Assembly: GCA_963806535.1 (NCBI GenBank) | Contig: CAWDYC010000011.1 | Location: 64,001-128,000, forward strand | Source of the DNA: Candidatus Bathyarchaeota archaeon | GTDB taxonomy: Archaea > Thermoproteota > Bathyarchaeia > Bathyarchaeales > Bathycorpusculaceae | Direction of reading: 5' to 3' | Length of the DNA stretch: 64,000 bases | Shown here: positions 41,400 through 52,201 of the stretch, piece by piece | How the letters are laid out: the number at the start of each line of letters is the position of its first letter | How positions within the stretch are numbered: position 1 is the stretch's first letter | Position numbers and translations under genes: made by a program | Notes under the pieces: model-generated | Told to the model about the DNA's origin: nothing | Databases searched by the model: none | Seen by the model: the letters and a program-made list of their open reading frames with translations, nothing else

Positions 41400-41828
41400 A
41401 ATTGTTTATCCAATCGCCCATTTAGCTCCAAATATTTGGGCAAAATCCACATTGAACTTGATTTTGCCTTTCTTTGTTTTCATTTGACTTGTATACGTCT
41501 GATTGCTTATAAAAAAAATATGATTTTCTAATCTGTATTTCAGGTAACCTTTCAAAAAGTTTTGGGTATAACGATGTGTTATATGAACAGGTGATTTTGA
41601 ATGTTTTTCAGTTTATAATGTGCATGTGAATTTCAGCCATTGCTTAAAGCTTTAATGACTGATAGAGGAAAACGCTATGAACGTTTCAAGGCGTTCCTTT
41701 ATGCTTAATAAGATAAATCAGAAAAGGCAATAAAACTCAACTAGTGGTTGCTTAGGCTTAGCAACTTCTTACGGCAAAAAGTAATTAAGTCTGTGCCGAG
41801 TAACAGAAAAAGTTGGAGATAGTTTTGC

Positions 41829-42122
41829 GTGCTTAACCTGAATTCTGTTATTAAATCGTCCCCAAATGCATCGTCTTACATGCCTAAAAAACGAAGGGCA
41901 TCACTATATTTTTGGCTAGGCTTGACATGTGCTTTCGTCAGCTTTTTTGTAGTTCCAGAAATTTTCGGTTCAGTTGCTATAGTTCTTGGAGCTTATACGT
42001 GGAGGCTTGAAAGTGGCGAAAATAAAAACCGTGGACTTCTGCTTGTAATATTTGGGATTTTAACTATGCTTGTGGGAATTTATTATACATCCTTATTCGG
42101 CATATATAACATCCTTCCATGA
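41829..42122 (+). CDS. Small membrane protein
   Basis: Hydrophobic helices with PEIFGSVAIVLG. Confidence 0.6.
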   Translation: MLNLNSVIKSSPNASSYMPKKRRASLYFWLGLTCAFVSFFVVPEIFGSVAIVLGAYTWRLESGENKNRGLLLVIFGILTMLVGIYYTSLFGIYNILP

Positions 42123-42147
42123 AAAAGCTTGCAAAGAAGTTTGATGG

Positions 42148-43221
42148 CTAAGGGCTTTTAGCTTTCTCGTACGCGCTAGCTACTGCTCCAATAGTTAGGA
42201 CACCAACAACTTTTTTTGGAGTTTCCCTATCCACAACAGGTAAAAGGTCAATTTTAGCTTTAGTCATAAGCTTGTATGCTTCAAAAACTCCTTCATCCGG
42301 ATACGTAAAAATGTTCGTTAGTGGCATCTGTTCAACCTTTATCTTGTCACGTTGTTCTTGTTGAACCTTAATTATTTCGTTCCAAGAGACTAAACCCTGA
42401 AAAACCCCGTCTTTTTCCACAAGAGCATCATGATATTTGGATTTAAACATGATTTCCAACGCCTCAGCAATAGTTTGCTCAGGACGAACTGAAGATATCT
42501 CAGATTGCATAACATCTTTTACGGAAACACTAGCCAAAGTGGTTGAAACAATTGTTTGCTCTGCTTCTTCACTTGCGCCGATATAAATAAAAACACCGAT
42601 TAATATCAAAACTGGATTAAAGAAGAAAAATCCAACTGCTACCATCAAGATGCCAAATATTCTACCTATATAAGCTGCATATTTTGTCGCTTTGGCAAAA
42701 TTCATCCGTTCAGCTAATAAAGCCCTGAAAACTCTGCCGCCATCCATTGGGAAGGCTGGAATTAAATTGAATGCACCCAGCAGGAGGTTCAGATAACCTA
42801 AGTCAAGAAGTATGTTTCCTGTGGAAATGATTACGGAGGATGGAGGAAAGCTCGGGATTTTCGTTGGTAACGCATAGTTGATGCCCACAAGAGCGGCTCC
42901 AAGAACTATGCTTGTTAGCGGTCCAGAAATCGCCATTCGCCACTCTATTGAGGGGTTTTCCGGTATTTCTTCTATTTCTGAAACTCCGCCGATTGGATAT
43001 AGAACAATTTTTCGAACTTTAATGTCATAGCGCCTTGCAACAACCGAGTGAGCAAGCTCGTGAAAGAAAACGAATACAAACAAGAAAACAACTAAAATAA
43101 ATGAGTAAATGTCTTTGAAATAAATGGCTAAACCTAAAGCTGCCAGAATTAACAGGATAAACGTAAGATGCAGCTCAATTGGGATTCCCCAAGCTGAGCC
43201 TATTTTAAAAGATAACTTCAT
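42148..43221 (-). CDS. Site-2 (M50) metalloprotease with CBS domains
   Basis: HELAH, PIGGV, FNLIPAFPMDGGR, C-terminal CBS pair. Confidence 0.93.
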   Translation of the reverse strand: MKLSFKIGSAWGIPIELHLTFILLILAALGLAIYFKDIYSFILVVFLFVFVFFHELAHSVVARRYDIKVRKIVLYPIGGVSEIEEIPENPSIEWRMAISGPLTSIVLGAALVGINYALPTKIPSFPPSSVIISTGNILLDLGYLNLLLGAFNLIPAFPMDGGRVFRALLAERMNFAKATKYAAYIGRIFGILMVAVGFFFFNPVLILIGVFIYIGASEEAEQTIVSTTLASVSVKDVMQSEISSVRPEQTIAEALEIMFKSKYHDALVEKDGVFQGLVSWNEIIKVQQEQRDKIKVEQMPLTNIFTYPDEGVFEAYKLMTKAKIDLLPVVDRETPKKVVGVLTIGAVASAYEKAKSP

Positions 43222-43566
43222 AGCTTAAGTGAAGAAACGTTTGCTTTTTAAATTTTCTATTCATAAGCAGCTGACCCTTTATTTTAATTGTGTTGAGCAA
43301 GAAATCTATGGGTTCAAAAGATGGTTCTAATAGGCTCTAAATATCGTTCAAGATACGGAGCAATGAATGAAGGCGTGTACTTTTCAACACGAAATATGTA
43401 TTTTTGTATGCCGAAAATTGAGAAAACAACTGAACGCTTAATCGAAAAACAAAAACTGGTCGACATGCCCAAAAATTATTAAAGTAATCAAAGATATGAA
43501 CGCTTGATAGTTAAAACTTGCTTTGTTAGGGCAAGAAACATTCAACTTAAGATTGGAGGAAAAAAT

Positions 43567-44064
43567 ATGTTAAACGGGAAATTGGTAAGCTTAATTGTTG
43601 GTCTTATTGTTATTTGTGCTTTGATGGGGAGCATTTTTTTGGAGGTTTCTTTAGCTCCGTCTGAACAAGTGACAAAGGCTATGGATTTTACGGTGAGCGG
43701 ATCAAATAATTGCCTCAGGTTTCTGAACGAAACAGTCTCCGTTGTTTACATACCATTTACTGTTGCTGCAAACGGCCAGGGTCAATTAACAATAAACTGC
43801 ACTAAAATGCCCGGCGGCGTCAACGGTTACACAGACATCTACCTCTATAAAGGCTATTGGGACAATGGAACCAACCACCAATGCCTATCAGCCGACCTTT
43901 ACCCCATCCTAAACAACATCCACAGTGCAAATTATGAATTAAAAGGCACAACTTCTTACAACGCAACCTACGGAGGCTCAACTCAACAGAGCTACACAGT
44001 ATTCTTTGTCATGCCACCCGGCGGACAACAAGCCACATTTAACATAGCATACAAGCCAGCTTGA
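43567..44064 (+). CDS. Exported hypothetical protein
   Basis: GGAGG RBS before the ATG at 43567; N-terminal TM. Confidence 0.7.
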   Translation: MLNGKLVSLIVGLIVICALMGSIFLEVSLAPSEQVTKAMDFTVSGSNNCLRFLNETVSVVYIPFTVAANGQGQLTINCTKMPGGVNGYTDIYLYKGYWDNGTNHQCLSADLYPILNNIHSANYELKGTTSYNATYGGSTQQSYTVFFVMPPGGQQATFNIAYKPA

Positions 44065-44124
44065 AACGACAAACCTAATTTTGGTTTCTTTTCTTTTTTT
44101 GCTTACTGCAATATAGTTATATAA

Positions 44125-44526
44125 TTGCGTCCGCTAGCTATTTCTGAGGTTTGTCTTTTGTCTGAACTTATTTGGAATAAACCTGTCTTATGCATTTTTA
44201 AAGAGCGAGAACCTTTCGAGATAGATCCATTCGTTGTTGTAAAAGCCAAAAAACTCGCGATTACTCCTGAAGCTGGTTCTAAATGTTCTGGAAAAGTGGA
44301 GGACTTTTTCACTCTTATGGGCGACGCCGATTATCTTTCGACCCCTGAAGGCGCAGCTGACCATTACGTCATATGTTGGTTTGACGACACAGAGCCAGAT
44401 ATGACTAAGGATTTAAGGCGGCTGCATGGAGTTACCTTTACAGCAAAAGTAACTTTTTTCCTCAATGAAGGAGGAAAGCGTACTTATAACGCAGCTTTCA
44501 AGGCTGGGCATGCCAAACTGAAATAA
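44125..44526 (+). CDS. Hypothetical protein
   Basis: 133-aa ORF with protein-like composition; start uncertain. Confidence 0.6.
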   Translation: MRPLAISEVCLLSELIWNKPVLCIFKEREPFEIDPFVVVKAKKLAITPEAGSKCSGKVEDFFTLMGDADYLSTPEGAADHYVICWFDDTEPDMTKDLRRLHGVTFTAKVTFFLNEGGKRTYNAAFKAGHAKLK

Positions 44527-44691
44527 ACAGTCATTTTTTCGGCTATTTTTTTCGAGCAATGGTCAATTAGCGGTAACTTTGACGGTTAAAGGTCTTCTTT
44601 AATGTGTGATGTTAAAGGTGAATTTTACATGTTTGTTAAAATCACTCTTAAATATAACTCCATAAATTTAGATTGGATAAGGTCGTAGACC

Positions 44692-45093
44692 ATGGTAGAG
44701 CAAAAGCTACGCGCAACTCTAATTACTGGTAGAACAATTGATCAAGGAGTTGGAAAGGAGATGGGGAAAGGCTCCAAAGAATATTTTGACAGCTCCTCAA
44801 TCTGTTTTATTGACAAGTCCGAAATGGTGAAACTCGGCATAAGAAATGGAACAAACGTTCAGGTAACATCCAAGTATGGATCAGTAATAGTTACGGCGTT
44901 GAAAAACCCAATCGGAACCATGCCCGGCATTGTTTTCATCCCTTGTGGTTTATGGGCAAATGCAATTTGCGGTGACGAAACTTTCGGGATGGGCATGCCC
45001 TTGTTTAAAGGTTTTCCAGTTGAAGTTGAACCTGCTCCAAACCAGTCTGTTTTAACTTTGGATGAGCTTCTAATGAAAGAATATGGAAGGTAA
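44692..45093 (+). CDS. fwdD: Formylmethanofuran dehydrogenase subunit D
   Basis: LITGRTIDQG...GIVFIPCGLWAN...GMPLFKG. Confidence 0.92.
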   Translation: MVEQKLRATLITGRTIDQGVGKEMGKGSKEYFDSSSICFIDKSEMVKLGIRNGTNVQVTSKYGSVIVTALKNPIGTMPGIVFIPCGLWANAICGDETFGMGMPLFKGFPVEVEPAPNQSVLTLDELLMKEYGR

Positions 45094-45098
45094 ATGTA

Positions 45099-46649
45099 AT
45101 GACCGAAACAAAATCAGTTGTTTGCCCAATTTGCGGTTGCTTATGTGATGACATAGAAGTAACAGTGGAAAATAACGAGATTGTAAAAATGAAAAATGGC
45201 TGTGCCCAATGTGAAGCGAAAATGGTTCACGGGTACAAGAGTGAAGAGCGAATTTTAAAGCCGATGATACGAAAGGACGGCAAGTTAGTTCCTGTATCAA
45301 TGGATGAAGCGGTTCACAAGGCAGCTCAAATTCTAACGGACGCTAAGTATCCATTATTGTTCGGCTGGAGTAGTTCAACTAGCGAAGCACAACGTATTGG
45401 TGTTCAATTAGCTGAAGAATTAGGTTCCGCGTTAGATAACTGCTGCAGCGTTTGCCATGGGCCATCAGTTATGGCAACGCAAGAAATCGGTATCCCTGCG
45501 TGTACCCTTGGTCAAATCAGACATCGCGCAGACTTAATTGTTTACTGGGCATGCAACCCCTGGACTTCACACCCAAGACATCTTGAAAGATACACAAGCT
45601 TCACTGACGGACGATTCGAAGGTAGTGAATGGAAAAGTTATATGGAAAAAGTAAAAGGTGCTTCAAGCCAGAAAAAAGTTGCGGCAGCTTCAAAGCGAAT
45701 ATTGGGGAGTTATAATCCTCCTATTCATCCCCAAACATGCAATGTAAATGCGCCTCCTCAGGCAATGCAGAAAAATGGACGTAAACTGGTAGTTGTTGAT
45801 GTTAGAAAAACAATGACTGCTGAAGCAGCTGATTACTTTATCCAGGTTCAACCAAACAAAGATTATGAAATCCTTGACGCAATGAGATGTTTGGTTGCTG
45901 ATCAAGAATTGGACGTTGACAAAGTTGGCGGTGTTCCAGTTGAATACCTCAAAGATGTAACTGACGCAATGGTGAACTGTGATTTCGGTGTCATCTTCTT
46001 CGGACTGGGCTTAACTCAAAGCGCAGGCAGATTCCGAAACATCGAAATAGCCATCGCATTGACACGAGACCTTAACAGAAGAACCAAATTCGTAATCTCG
46101 CCAATGCGAGGACACTTCAATGTTACGGGCGCAAACGTGGTTTTCGCTTGGACAACAGGCTATCCGTATGCAATTGATTTCTCACAAGGATATCCACAAT
46201 ACAATCCTGGAGAATTTACAACCATTGACCTGCTCAGACGGGGCGACAACGACGCTACCTTAGTTATTTCATCCGACCCAGGTGCGCACTTTCCAAAGGT
46301 AGCCATGCAAAATATGATGAAGCATCCGTTGATCACTATTAACCCAGATATGAACGCTATTTCAAGACTTGGCGATGTTGTGTTTCCAACCCAATGGTGC
46401 GGCATAGAATACGAAGGCACTGCTTACCGCATGGACCATGTGCCAATTATGTTGCGCAAAGTTGTTGAGCCACCAAAAGGTATCTTAAACGACGAAGAAC
46501 TCTTAAAGAAAATACTAGAAGAAGTCCGGGCAATCAAAGCCAAAAATCCAGAGATCGAAACTAACGCCGAACTTAAAGCACGCAATAAACTGGCACCTAG
46601 GATCGAAATTAAACAAAGAAAGAAAGCGAAAAAAGTAGAGGTTGCTTAA
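45099..46649 (+). CDS. fwdB: Formylmethanofuran dehydrogenase subunit B (Cys ligand)
   Basis: CPICGCLCDD, VCHGPS, CTLGQI, PMRGHFNVTG, GTAYRMD. Confidence 0.95.
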   Translation: MTETKSVVCPICGCLCDDIEVTVENNEIVKMKNGCAQCEAKMVHGYKSEERILKPMIRKDGKLVPVSMDEAVHKAAQILTDAKYPLLFGWSSSTSEAQRIGVQLAEELGSALDNCCSVCHGPSVMATQEIGIPACTLGQIRHRADLIVYWACNPWTSHPRHLERYTSFTDGRFEGSEWKSYMEKVKGASSQKKVAAASKRILGSYNPPIHPQTCNVNAPPQAMQKNGRKLVVVDVRKTMTAEAADYFIQVQPNKDYEILDAMRCLVADQELDVDKVGGVPVEYLKDVTDAMVNCDFGVIFFGLGLTQSAGRFRNIEIAIALTRDLNRRTKFVISPMRGHFNVTGANVVFAWTTGYPYAIDFSQGYPQYNPGEFTTIDLLRRGDNDATLVISSDPGAHFPKVAMQNMMKHPLITINPDMNAISRLGDVVFPTQWCGIEYEGTAYRMDHVPIMLRKVVEPPKGILNDEELLKKILEEVRAIKAKNPEIETNAELKARNKLAPRIEIKQRKKAKKVEVA

Positions 46650-48347
46650 ATGACTGAGTTACTAATAAAAAACGGCTTCGTCTTTGACCCTATCAACCAA
46701 ATTAACGGGGAAAAAATGGACATAGCCATCAAAGACGGCAAAATCGTCCGCAAAGTGAGCAGCAAAGCCCAAGTAATTGATGCCTCAGGCTTAACTGTAA
46801 TGCCGGGCGGTGTCGACATTCATACACACATTGCAGGTGGGGAAGTTAACACAGGCAGAATTATTCGCCCTGATGATCACATTAAAGATGTGGAACGAAA
46901 AACCGCCATGACCCGTAGCGGTACTGGTTATTCCATTCCTTCCACTTTCACTACTGGTTACCGTTATTCTCGTATGGGTTATACAACAGTCATGAATCCA
47001 TCAATGGCCCCATTGGAAGCTAAACATACTCATGAAGAATTAAACGACATACCCTTGCTTGACAAAGCCACTTATCCGCTTTTAGGCGACTGGTGGTTTG
47101 TACTCGAAAACCTCTCTAAAGGCAACATCGAAGAATGCGCTAAACACGTAGCATGGATGTTGGATATAACCAAGGGATATGCAATAAAAATCGTTAACCC
47201 AGGAGGTTTAGAATCTTGGGGTTTCGGTCACAACGTTCACAGCATAGATGATCAAGTAGCTAACTTTTGCATTACCCCACGTGAAATAATATGTGGTTTA
47301 GCTAAAGTTAACGCACTGCTTAACTTGCCTCACTCTATTCATCTTCACACTAACAATCTTGGATTACCCGGCAACTTCACCACAACAATGGATACGATGA
47401 AGGCGTTAGAAAGCGTGCCTTACAACGGCAAACCGGTTGGACACATTACTCACTTGCAGTTCGCGAGCTTCGCAGGTGACTCTTGGGCGCATTTTAATTC
47501 AGCTTCAGAAGAAATTTCAAGTTACATTAATGCACACAACCACATGACTTTTGACATGGGGCAGGTCATATTTACAGACACTACAACCATGACTGCTGAT
47601 GGACCCTTCGAGTTTTCCCTCTATGAGTTAGGTGGTCACAATAAATGGGTCAATAGTGACGTTGAAACAGAAACCAGCGGAGGAATAATACCGTTCCACT
47701 ACAAGAAAAACAGCCCAGTAAACGCATTACAATGGTCCATTGGATTGGAATTGGCTTTGCTCATTAAGGACCCTTGGAAAATGTTCATGACAACCGATCA
47801 CCCCAACGGAGGACCCTTCTTTGCTTACCCACGTGTTCTCGCTTGGCTATACAGCAAGAAAGCACGCGAAGCAACACTCAAACATTGTAACAAGAAAGCG
47901 CAGAAAAAGAGCTTGCTCCCAACAATCGACCGTGAAATGACCCTCTATGAAATAGCGATTATGACTCGTGCAGGACAAGCAAAAGCTTTAGGGCTTCCGA
48001 ACAAAGGCCAACTTGGAGTTGGCGCAGATGCAGATATCGCAATATACAACATTAACCCTGAAAAACTTGATATAGCTCAAAAATTCAAAACTGCACGCAA
48101 AGCCTTCAAACACGCATCCTACACCATCAAAGACGGCAAAATTGTAGTAAAAGACGGCGAAGTAGTAAACAACACCACACCTGGCAGAACTATGTGGCTT
48201 GACGTCCAAACCAAAGACCCCTGCGTGATTGACGAGGAAATGAGACGCAAATTCAAACAATACTGGACAATCGAATACGATAATTACCCAGTATTCGACC
48301 ATTACCTGAGGGTTCCAGAAAAATTAACTGTAAAGGCAAGTGTCTAA
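46650..48347 (+). CDS. fwdA: Formylmethanofuran dehydrogenase subunit A
   Basis: GGVDIHTHIAG, TTDHPNGGPF, EIAIMTRAG. Confidence 0.95.
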   Translation: MTELLIKNGFVFDPINQINGEKMDIAIKDGKIVRKVSSKAQVIDASGLTVMPGGVDIHTHIAGGEVNTGRIIRPDDHIKDVERKTAMTRSGTGYSIPSTFTTGYRYSRMGYTTVMNPSMAPLEAKHTHEELNDIPLLDKATYPLLGDWWFVLENLSKGNIEECAKHVAWMLDITKGYAIKIVNPGGLESWGFGHNVHSIDDQVANFCITPREIICGLAKVNALLNLPHSIHLHTNNLGLPGNFTTTMDTMKALESVPYNGKPVGHITHLQFASFAGDSWAHFNSASEEISSYINAHNHMTFDMGQVIFTDTTTMTADGPFEFSLYELGGHNKWVNSDVETETSGGIIPFHYKKNSPVNALQWSIGLELALLIKDPWKMFMTTDHPNGGPFFAYPRVLAWLYSKKAREATLKHCNKKAQKKSLLPTIDREMTLYEIAIMTRAGQAKALGLPNKGQLGVGADADIAIYNINPEKLDIAQKFKTARKAFKHASYTIKDGKIVVKDGEVVNNTTPGRTMWLDVQTKDPCVIDEEMRRKFKQYWTIEYDNYPVFDHYLRVPEKLTVKASV

Positions 48348-49161
48348 GATGATTATCTTAATTCCGAAAAAAAAATTTGAGGTACCCGTTCAAGCAGCTT
48401 GTATAAGCCCAGACGTTTTCAAAGGCAAAGACACAGCTGAAATAGCAAACATGCCCGTTACCGAAGGAAACCGCAACGTAAAACTCGGCGACCTATTCGA
48501 AATCCACGAAGACAATCTTGAAACACCTTACATCACCATAAACGGAGATGCAGGCAAAGTCAAACGAATCGGTCAAGGCATGAAAACAGGTGAAATCCTC
48601 ATCAATGGCGACGCAGGCATGCATACGGGCGAAAAAATGGCCGGCGGCAAAATCACAATAAACGGTTCCATAGGCGGATGGTCAGGTAACGATATGAAAG
48701 GCGGCTTAATTGAAGTTCATGGAGACGCTGGCGACTATTTAGCTTCACCATACCGCGGGACAAGCACAGGCATGAAAGGTGGTCTAATAACCGTTGACGG
48801 CAAAGTCGGAAGTGACTCGGGATGCTACTTGCACGGTGGAGTACTAAAAATCAAAGGCGGTGCTGGAAGGTTCCTTGGTTACCACATGAGCGACGGTGCA
48901 ATCCTTGTGGACAAAGAAGTTGACACGCGAGCGGGCGCATGCATGACAGGTGGCAAAATAGTTATAACAGGTACAATCCCAGAAGTAATGCCAACATTCA
49001 CCATAGACGGCGTTAAACCCAAAGTCAAAATCGACGATACACAAAGTGTCGCAGGGCCTTTCTACGTTTTCTTAGGTGATTTGGCAGAGCATGGCACAGG
49101 CAAAATCTTCGTAAACAAAGCCAACAATCCGCAGCTTAAAACATACGAAAAATACCTATAA
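48340..49161 (+). CDS. fwdC: Formylmethanofuran dehydrogenase subunit C
   Basis: GXGXG/GM.GG beta-helix repeats, GDLAE.G.G. Confidence 0.93.
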   Translation: MSKMIILIPKKKFEVPVQAACISPDVFKGKDTAEIANMPVTEGNRNVKLGDLFEIHEDNLETPYITINGDAGKVKRIGQGMKTGEILINGDAGMHTGEKMAGGKITINGSIGGWSGNDMKGGLIEVHGDAGDYLASPYRGTSTGMKGGLITVDGKVGSDSGCYLHGGVLKIKGGAGRFLGYHMSDGAILVDKEVDTRAGACMTGGKIVITGTIPEVMPTFTIDGVKPKVKIDDTQSVAGPFYVFLGDLAEHGTGKIFVNKANNPQLKTYEKYL

Positions 49162-49448
49162 TTCTCACTTCTCAGCTCTTTTCGATTTTTGCTCTCTCTG
49201 TTAGCCTACGAGTAAGTCAAAGCATGCACAGTTTGCGTATATACTTTGTAGATACAACTTGTTTATGGAAGGTAGTGATAAGACTGTTAACCCTCTGTTT
49301 TCCCTATTGGTTTTGCAAAATTTTACGGCTTGATAGCAATAAACTATAAGGAGAAGTAAATTGGATGGTATATAAGAAAAGAAAAAGCACGGTTAATTGA
49401 CCTCTTCGTTATTGGCTGGCTAAAAAAAACTAAAACAAAATTCCAGGG

Positions 49449-50831
49449 TCAAAAAAGTGAATATGTATCGGTAATCCTATATGCATAGTAAATTTTGATA
49501 GCTCTTTCAATCTCCGATTCCTTTAGCCCTATTTCTTTTAGAATAATTGATATGATCATAAAACGTAAGGTGTCTGTTAGAAATGGAATTTTTGATTGTT
49601 CAGTGGGCGGTTCTGTGATTTCTGGGTCATAGTGAGTTAAATAATTTCTTGTATCTACAAACTGTCTAATGAATTGTTTTTCGTCTTTGACAAAAATTTT
49701 AAAAACTTGATTTTGCTCAAACAATTCTTTGATTTGCATGCTCAAGGACTTTCTATTAACGTACTTCATTTTATGCTTGAAAGGCTCTCTTAAGGGCTCA
49801 GCTATTACCTCACACATTTTTTTAGAGAATTGCGTGGAGCCATCTATTTCTTTTCTGATGTCATCTGAAAAAAGTTTATTGTCGTATTTTCTACTATGAT
49901 AAGCCTCAATCGCTTGTGAAAGTACAAGAAATGGGGTTCTTACATAGCCTCTTTCATTTGCAAGAGAGAAAAACAAGTCGTAAACAGGTTCATATTTTTG
50001 CGCAAATGAAAACCAATTTTGAAAGATAGTTTGAAGATTTTGGCTTATTGATTCAAACTCTACCGGATGTGGCACTGTTTTGTGGGTATTATATCTAGAT
50101 TTTTCAAAAAACGGACAAATAGCTGAAATTTTTTTGAAATCTTCTCCTTCATAGTAAAATATATGCCTTATGAGAACATTTTGACCAATTAATACCTCAA
50201 AGAAATTCCTAAGGGAGTTTATTATCTCAATCACTTTTTGTAGGCTCATTTTTTGAGCATGAATAGAGATTAATACGTCTCTTGGAAAGGTATCTAAAAA
50301 AAAGCTGTGCGAACTCTCAATTACCCCTGTTATTTTAATAGTGAACTGGTCAAGCTGAATTTGTTTTTCTAGAGGTTTATTAATTTGCCAAATTGTTTCA
50401 GAATCATTTTCTTCGAGATGGGAAACTGAAAATAAGCTGTGAGTGAGCCATTCTTTAATATTAGAAAACTTGACATTTACATATTTAAATTCAATTTCAC
50501 TTTTTTTAGGAAAATATTTTCCTATCAATAACAAGGTCACATTGTATTTAGATCGAAAATAATTGATTGCCCCTGCATTAACATCGCTGAAATTCAGCCT
50601 GACGCAATCTATAAGTGTGATTTTCTTGCTATCAACAAGTCCTAATATGGTCTCATAAAATTCGCCTTCCTCTTTCTTTTCAATGAAAGCGCCTTCCAGC
50701 GAAAGAATAGGTAAATGTCCAACATGATGTATTAGATTTCCATGAATTTTTTTCTCTGGATTTTCGGATAACCACCACATTCCGCTATATTGTTTGACCT
50801 GCAAAGCAACCACCCACCATCTTTTCATCAA
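49449..50831 (-). CDS. ApeA-like protein (ApeA N-terminal domain plus HEPN)
   Basis: GMWWL..NPEKKIHGNL N-terminus, FLVLSQAIEAYH, RNYLTHY (Rx4H); AT-rich and opposite in strand to its neighbours. Confidence 0.8.
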   Translation of the reverse strand: MMKRWWVVALQVKQYSGMWWLSENPEKKIHGNLIHHVGHLPILSLEGAFIEKKEEGEFYETILGLVDSKKITLIDCVRLNFSDVNAGAINYFRSKYNVTLLLIGKYFPKKSEIEFKYVNVKFSNIKEWLTHSLFSVSHLEENDSETIWQINKPLEKQIQLDQFTIKITGVIESSHSFFLDTFPRDVLISIHAQKMSLQKVIEIINSLRNFFEVLIGQNVLIRHIFYYEGEDFKKISAICPFFEKSRYNTHKTVPHPVEFESISQNLQTIFQNWFSFAQKYEPVYDLFFSLANERGYVRTPFLVLSQAIEAYHSRKYDNKLFSDDIRKEIDGSTQFSKKMCEVIAEPLREPFKHKMKYVNRKSLSMQIKELFEQNQVFKIFVKDEKQFIRQFVDTRNYLTHYDPEITEPPTEQSKIPFLTDTLRFMIISIILKEIGLKESEIERAIKIYYAYRITDTYSLF

Positions 50832-51410
50832 AGATAGTACTAATAAGTTTTTGACATTCGTTAAACTTAATTTCTACCTGGAAAAACCTATCGATGCAAA
50901 AACTTGAAGTCTAATTACAAGATTATACACTTGGTTATTTTCTAGGAGCATTCAGATTATAGAGAAATTGTCAATCCAAATCTTTCTGAGATTGATGCTC
51001 ACCTTTTACGTCTTCCATTCCAACTTGCTGGATTCCTTTTACTTCTCTTTGTTTAGTTAGTCCAATTCCATGAAAAACGGATTGTTATTATAACGAGCTT
51101 CGACATTTTAATATCGCTATTATCTATCGATTTTGCTGTCTCAAAAAGACACTTATTCTTGTCTTGTTCAACATTTTATGACTGGAAAATAAGTAGAGGA
51201 AAATTAAATCATCGGAATCTGAGTCCTCACTCAATCTAATTTATGAATACTCAATTTATTGATTAACGAGTGCTCGCTCACTATAGAGGTAACAAGACTT
51301 GAAGAATTACATTTACTCAGCGTACGAGTTGTTGTTGACATTGTCGGAATAGCCGAATACCTTATCAACACGCTCTCAGTTCAAAAACAAACACACAAAG
51401 AGGACAATGT

Positions 51411-52196
51411 ATGCGTCAGGTTGACATAGTAAGGCTTGACTTATCTACGGGAAAAGCGGAAAAAACTAAGGATTGTGTTGCTGAAGAGGTTCCTCTTCAA
51501 ATTTCGCTTAATGATGTTTATACATTTGTGATTTGGTGTTCGCCTTCACAGTTTAAGGAGCTTGCTGTTGGCTATTTGCTTGGAGAGGAAATTTTGAGGT
51601 CAGTTGACGAAATTAAATCCCTGAGCTCAAACGAAAAAGAACACAAATGCCAACTTAAGCTGAAGCCAAGCGTAGATTTGGATGAGCGCATGAAAAATTC
51701 GCGCCGAAGCACCCGCATAATCCCCCTTATCAAAGCAAGCACTTCACCGTACCAACATGACGAGCGTATACCCGTCGTAAAATCCTGCCTTAAAATTAAA
51801 GCCCAAATTATCTTAGACGCGGTAAACCAAATTAACAGCCTCGCTAAGGGCTTTAAGGACACGGGAGGGCTGCACGACTCTGCCATTGTCAAAGCTGACG
51901 GAACGATTATGGCTTTTTCTGAAGACGTAGGAAGGCATAACACGGTCGACAAAGTTATCGGCGAGGCGTCGCTGAAAAATGTGAATTTTAGTGAGTGTTT
52001 TTTGATTATTACGGGACGGGTGCCGGGCGACATGATTTATAAAGCGGCCAAGGTAGGTTTGCCTATTGTTGCTTCGGTAGCGGCAGTTTTGAACTCGGGG
52101 ATTTCTTCAGCTGAAAAAGCCGACATTGCCTTAGTGGGGTTTGTCCGCGGAAAACGCATGAATGTCTATACGGGGTTTGATAGAATCATTCTGTAG
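51411..52196 (+). CDS. fdhD: Formate dehydrogenase accessory sulfurtransferase
   Basis: AEEVPL, ELAVGYL, TGGLH, EDVGRHN.VDK, LVGFVRG. Confidence 0.92.
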   Translation: MRQVDIVRLDLSTGKAEKTKDCVAEEVPLQISLNDVYTFVIWCSPSQFKELAVGYLLGEEILRSVDEIKSLSSNEKEHKCQLKLKPSVDLDERMKNSRRSTRIIPLIKASTSPYQHDERIPVVKSCLKIKAQIILDAVNQINSLAKGFKDTGGLHDSAIVKADGTIMAFSEDVGRHNTVDKVIGEASLKNVNFSECFLIITGRVPGDMIYKAAKVGLPIVASVAAVLNSGISSAEKADIALVGFVRGKRMNVYTGFDRIIL

Positions 52197-52201
52197 GTGC
52201 C

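Noticed and set aside
39491-41600. Integrated element at tRNA-Pro
   Set aside because: No integrase gene and no duplicated tRNA 3' end were seen.
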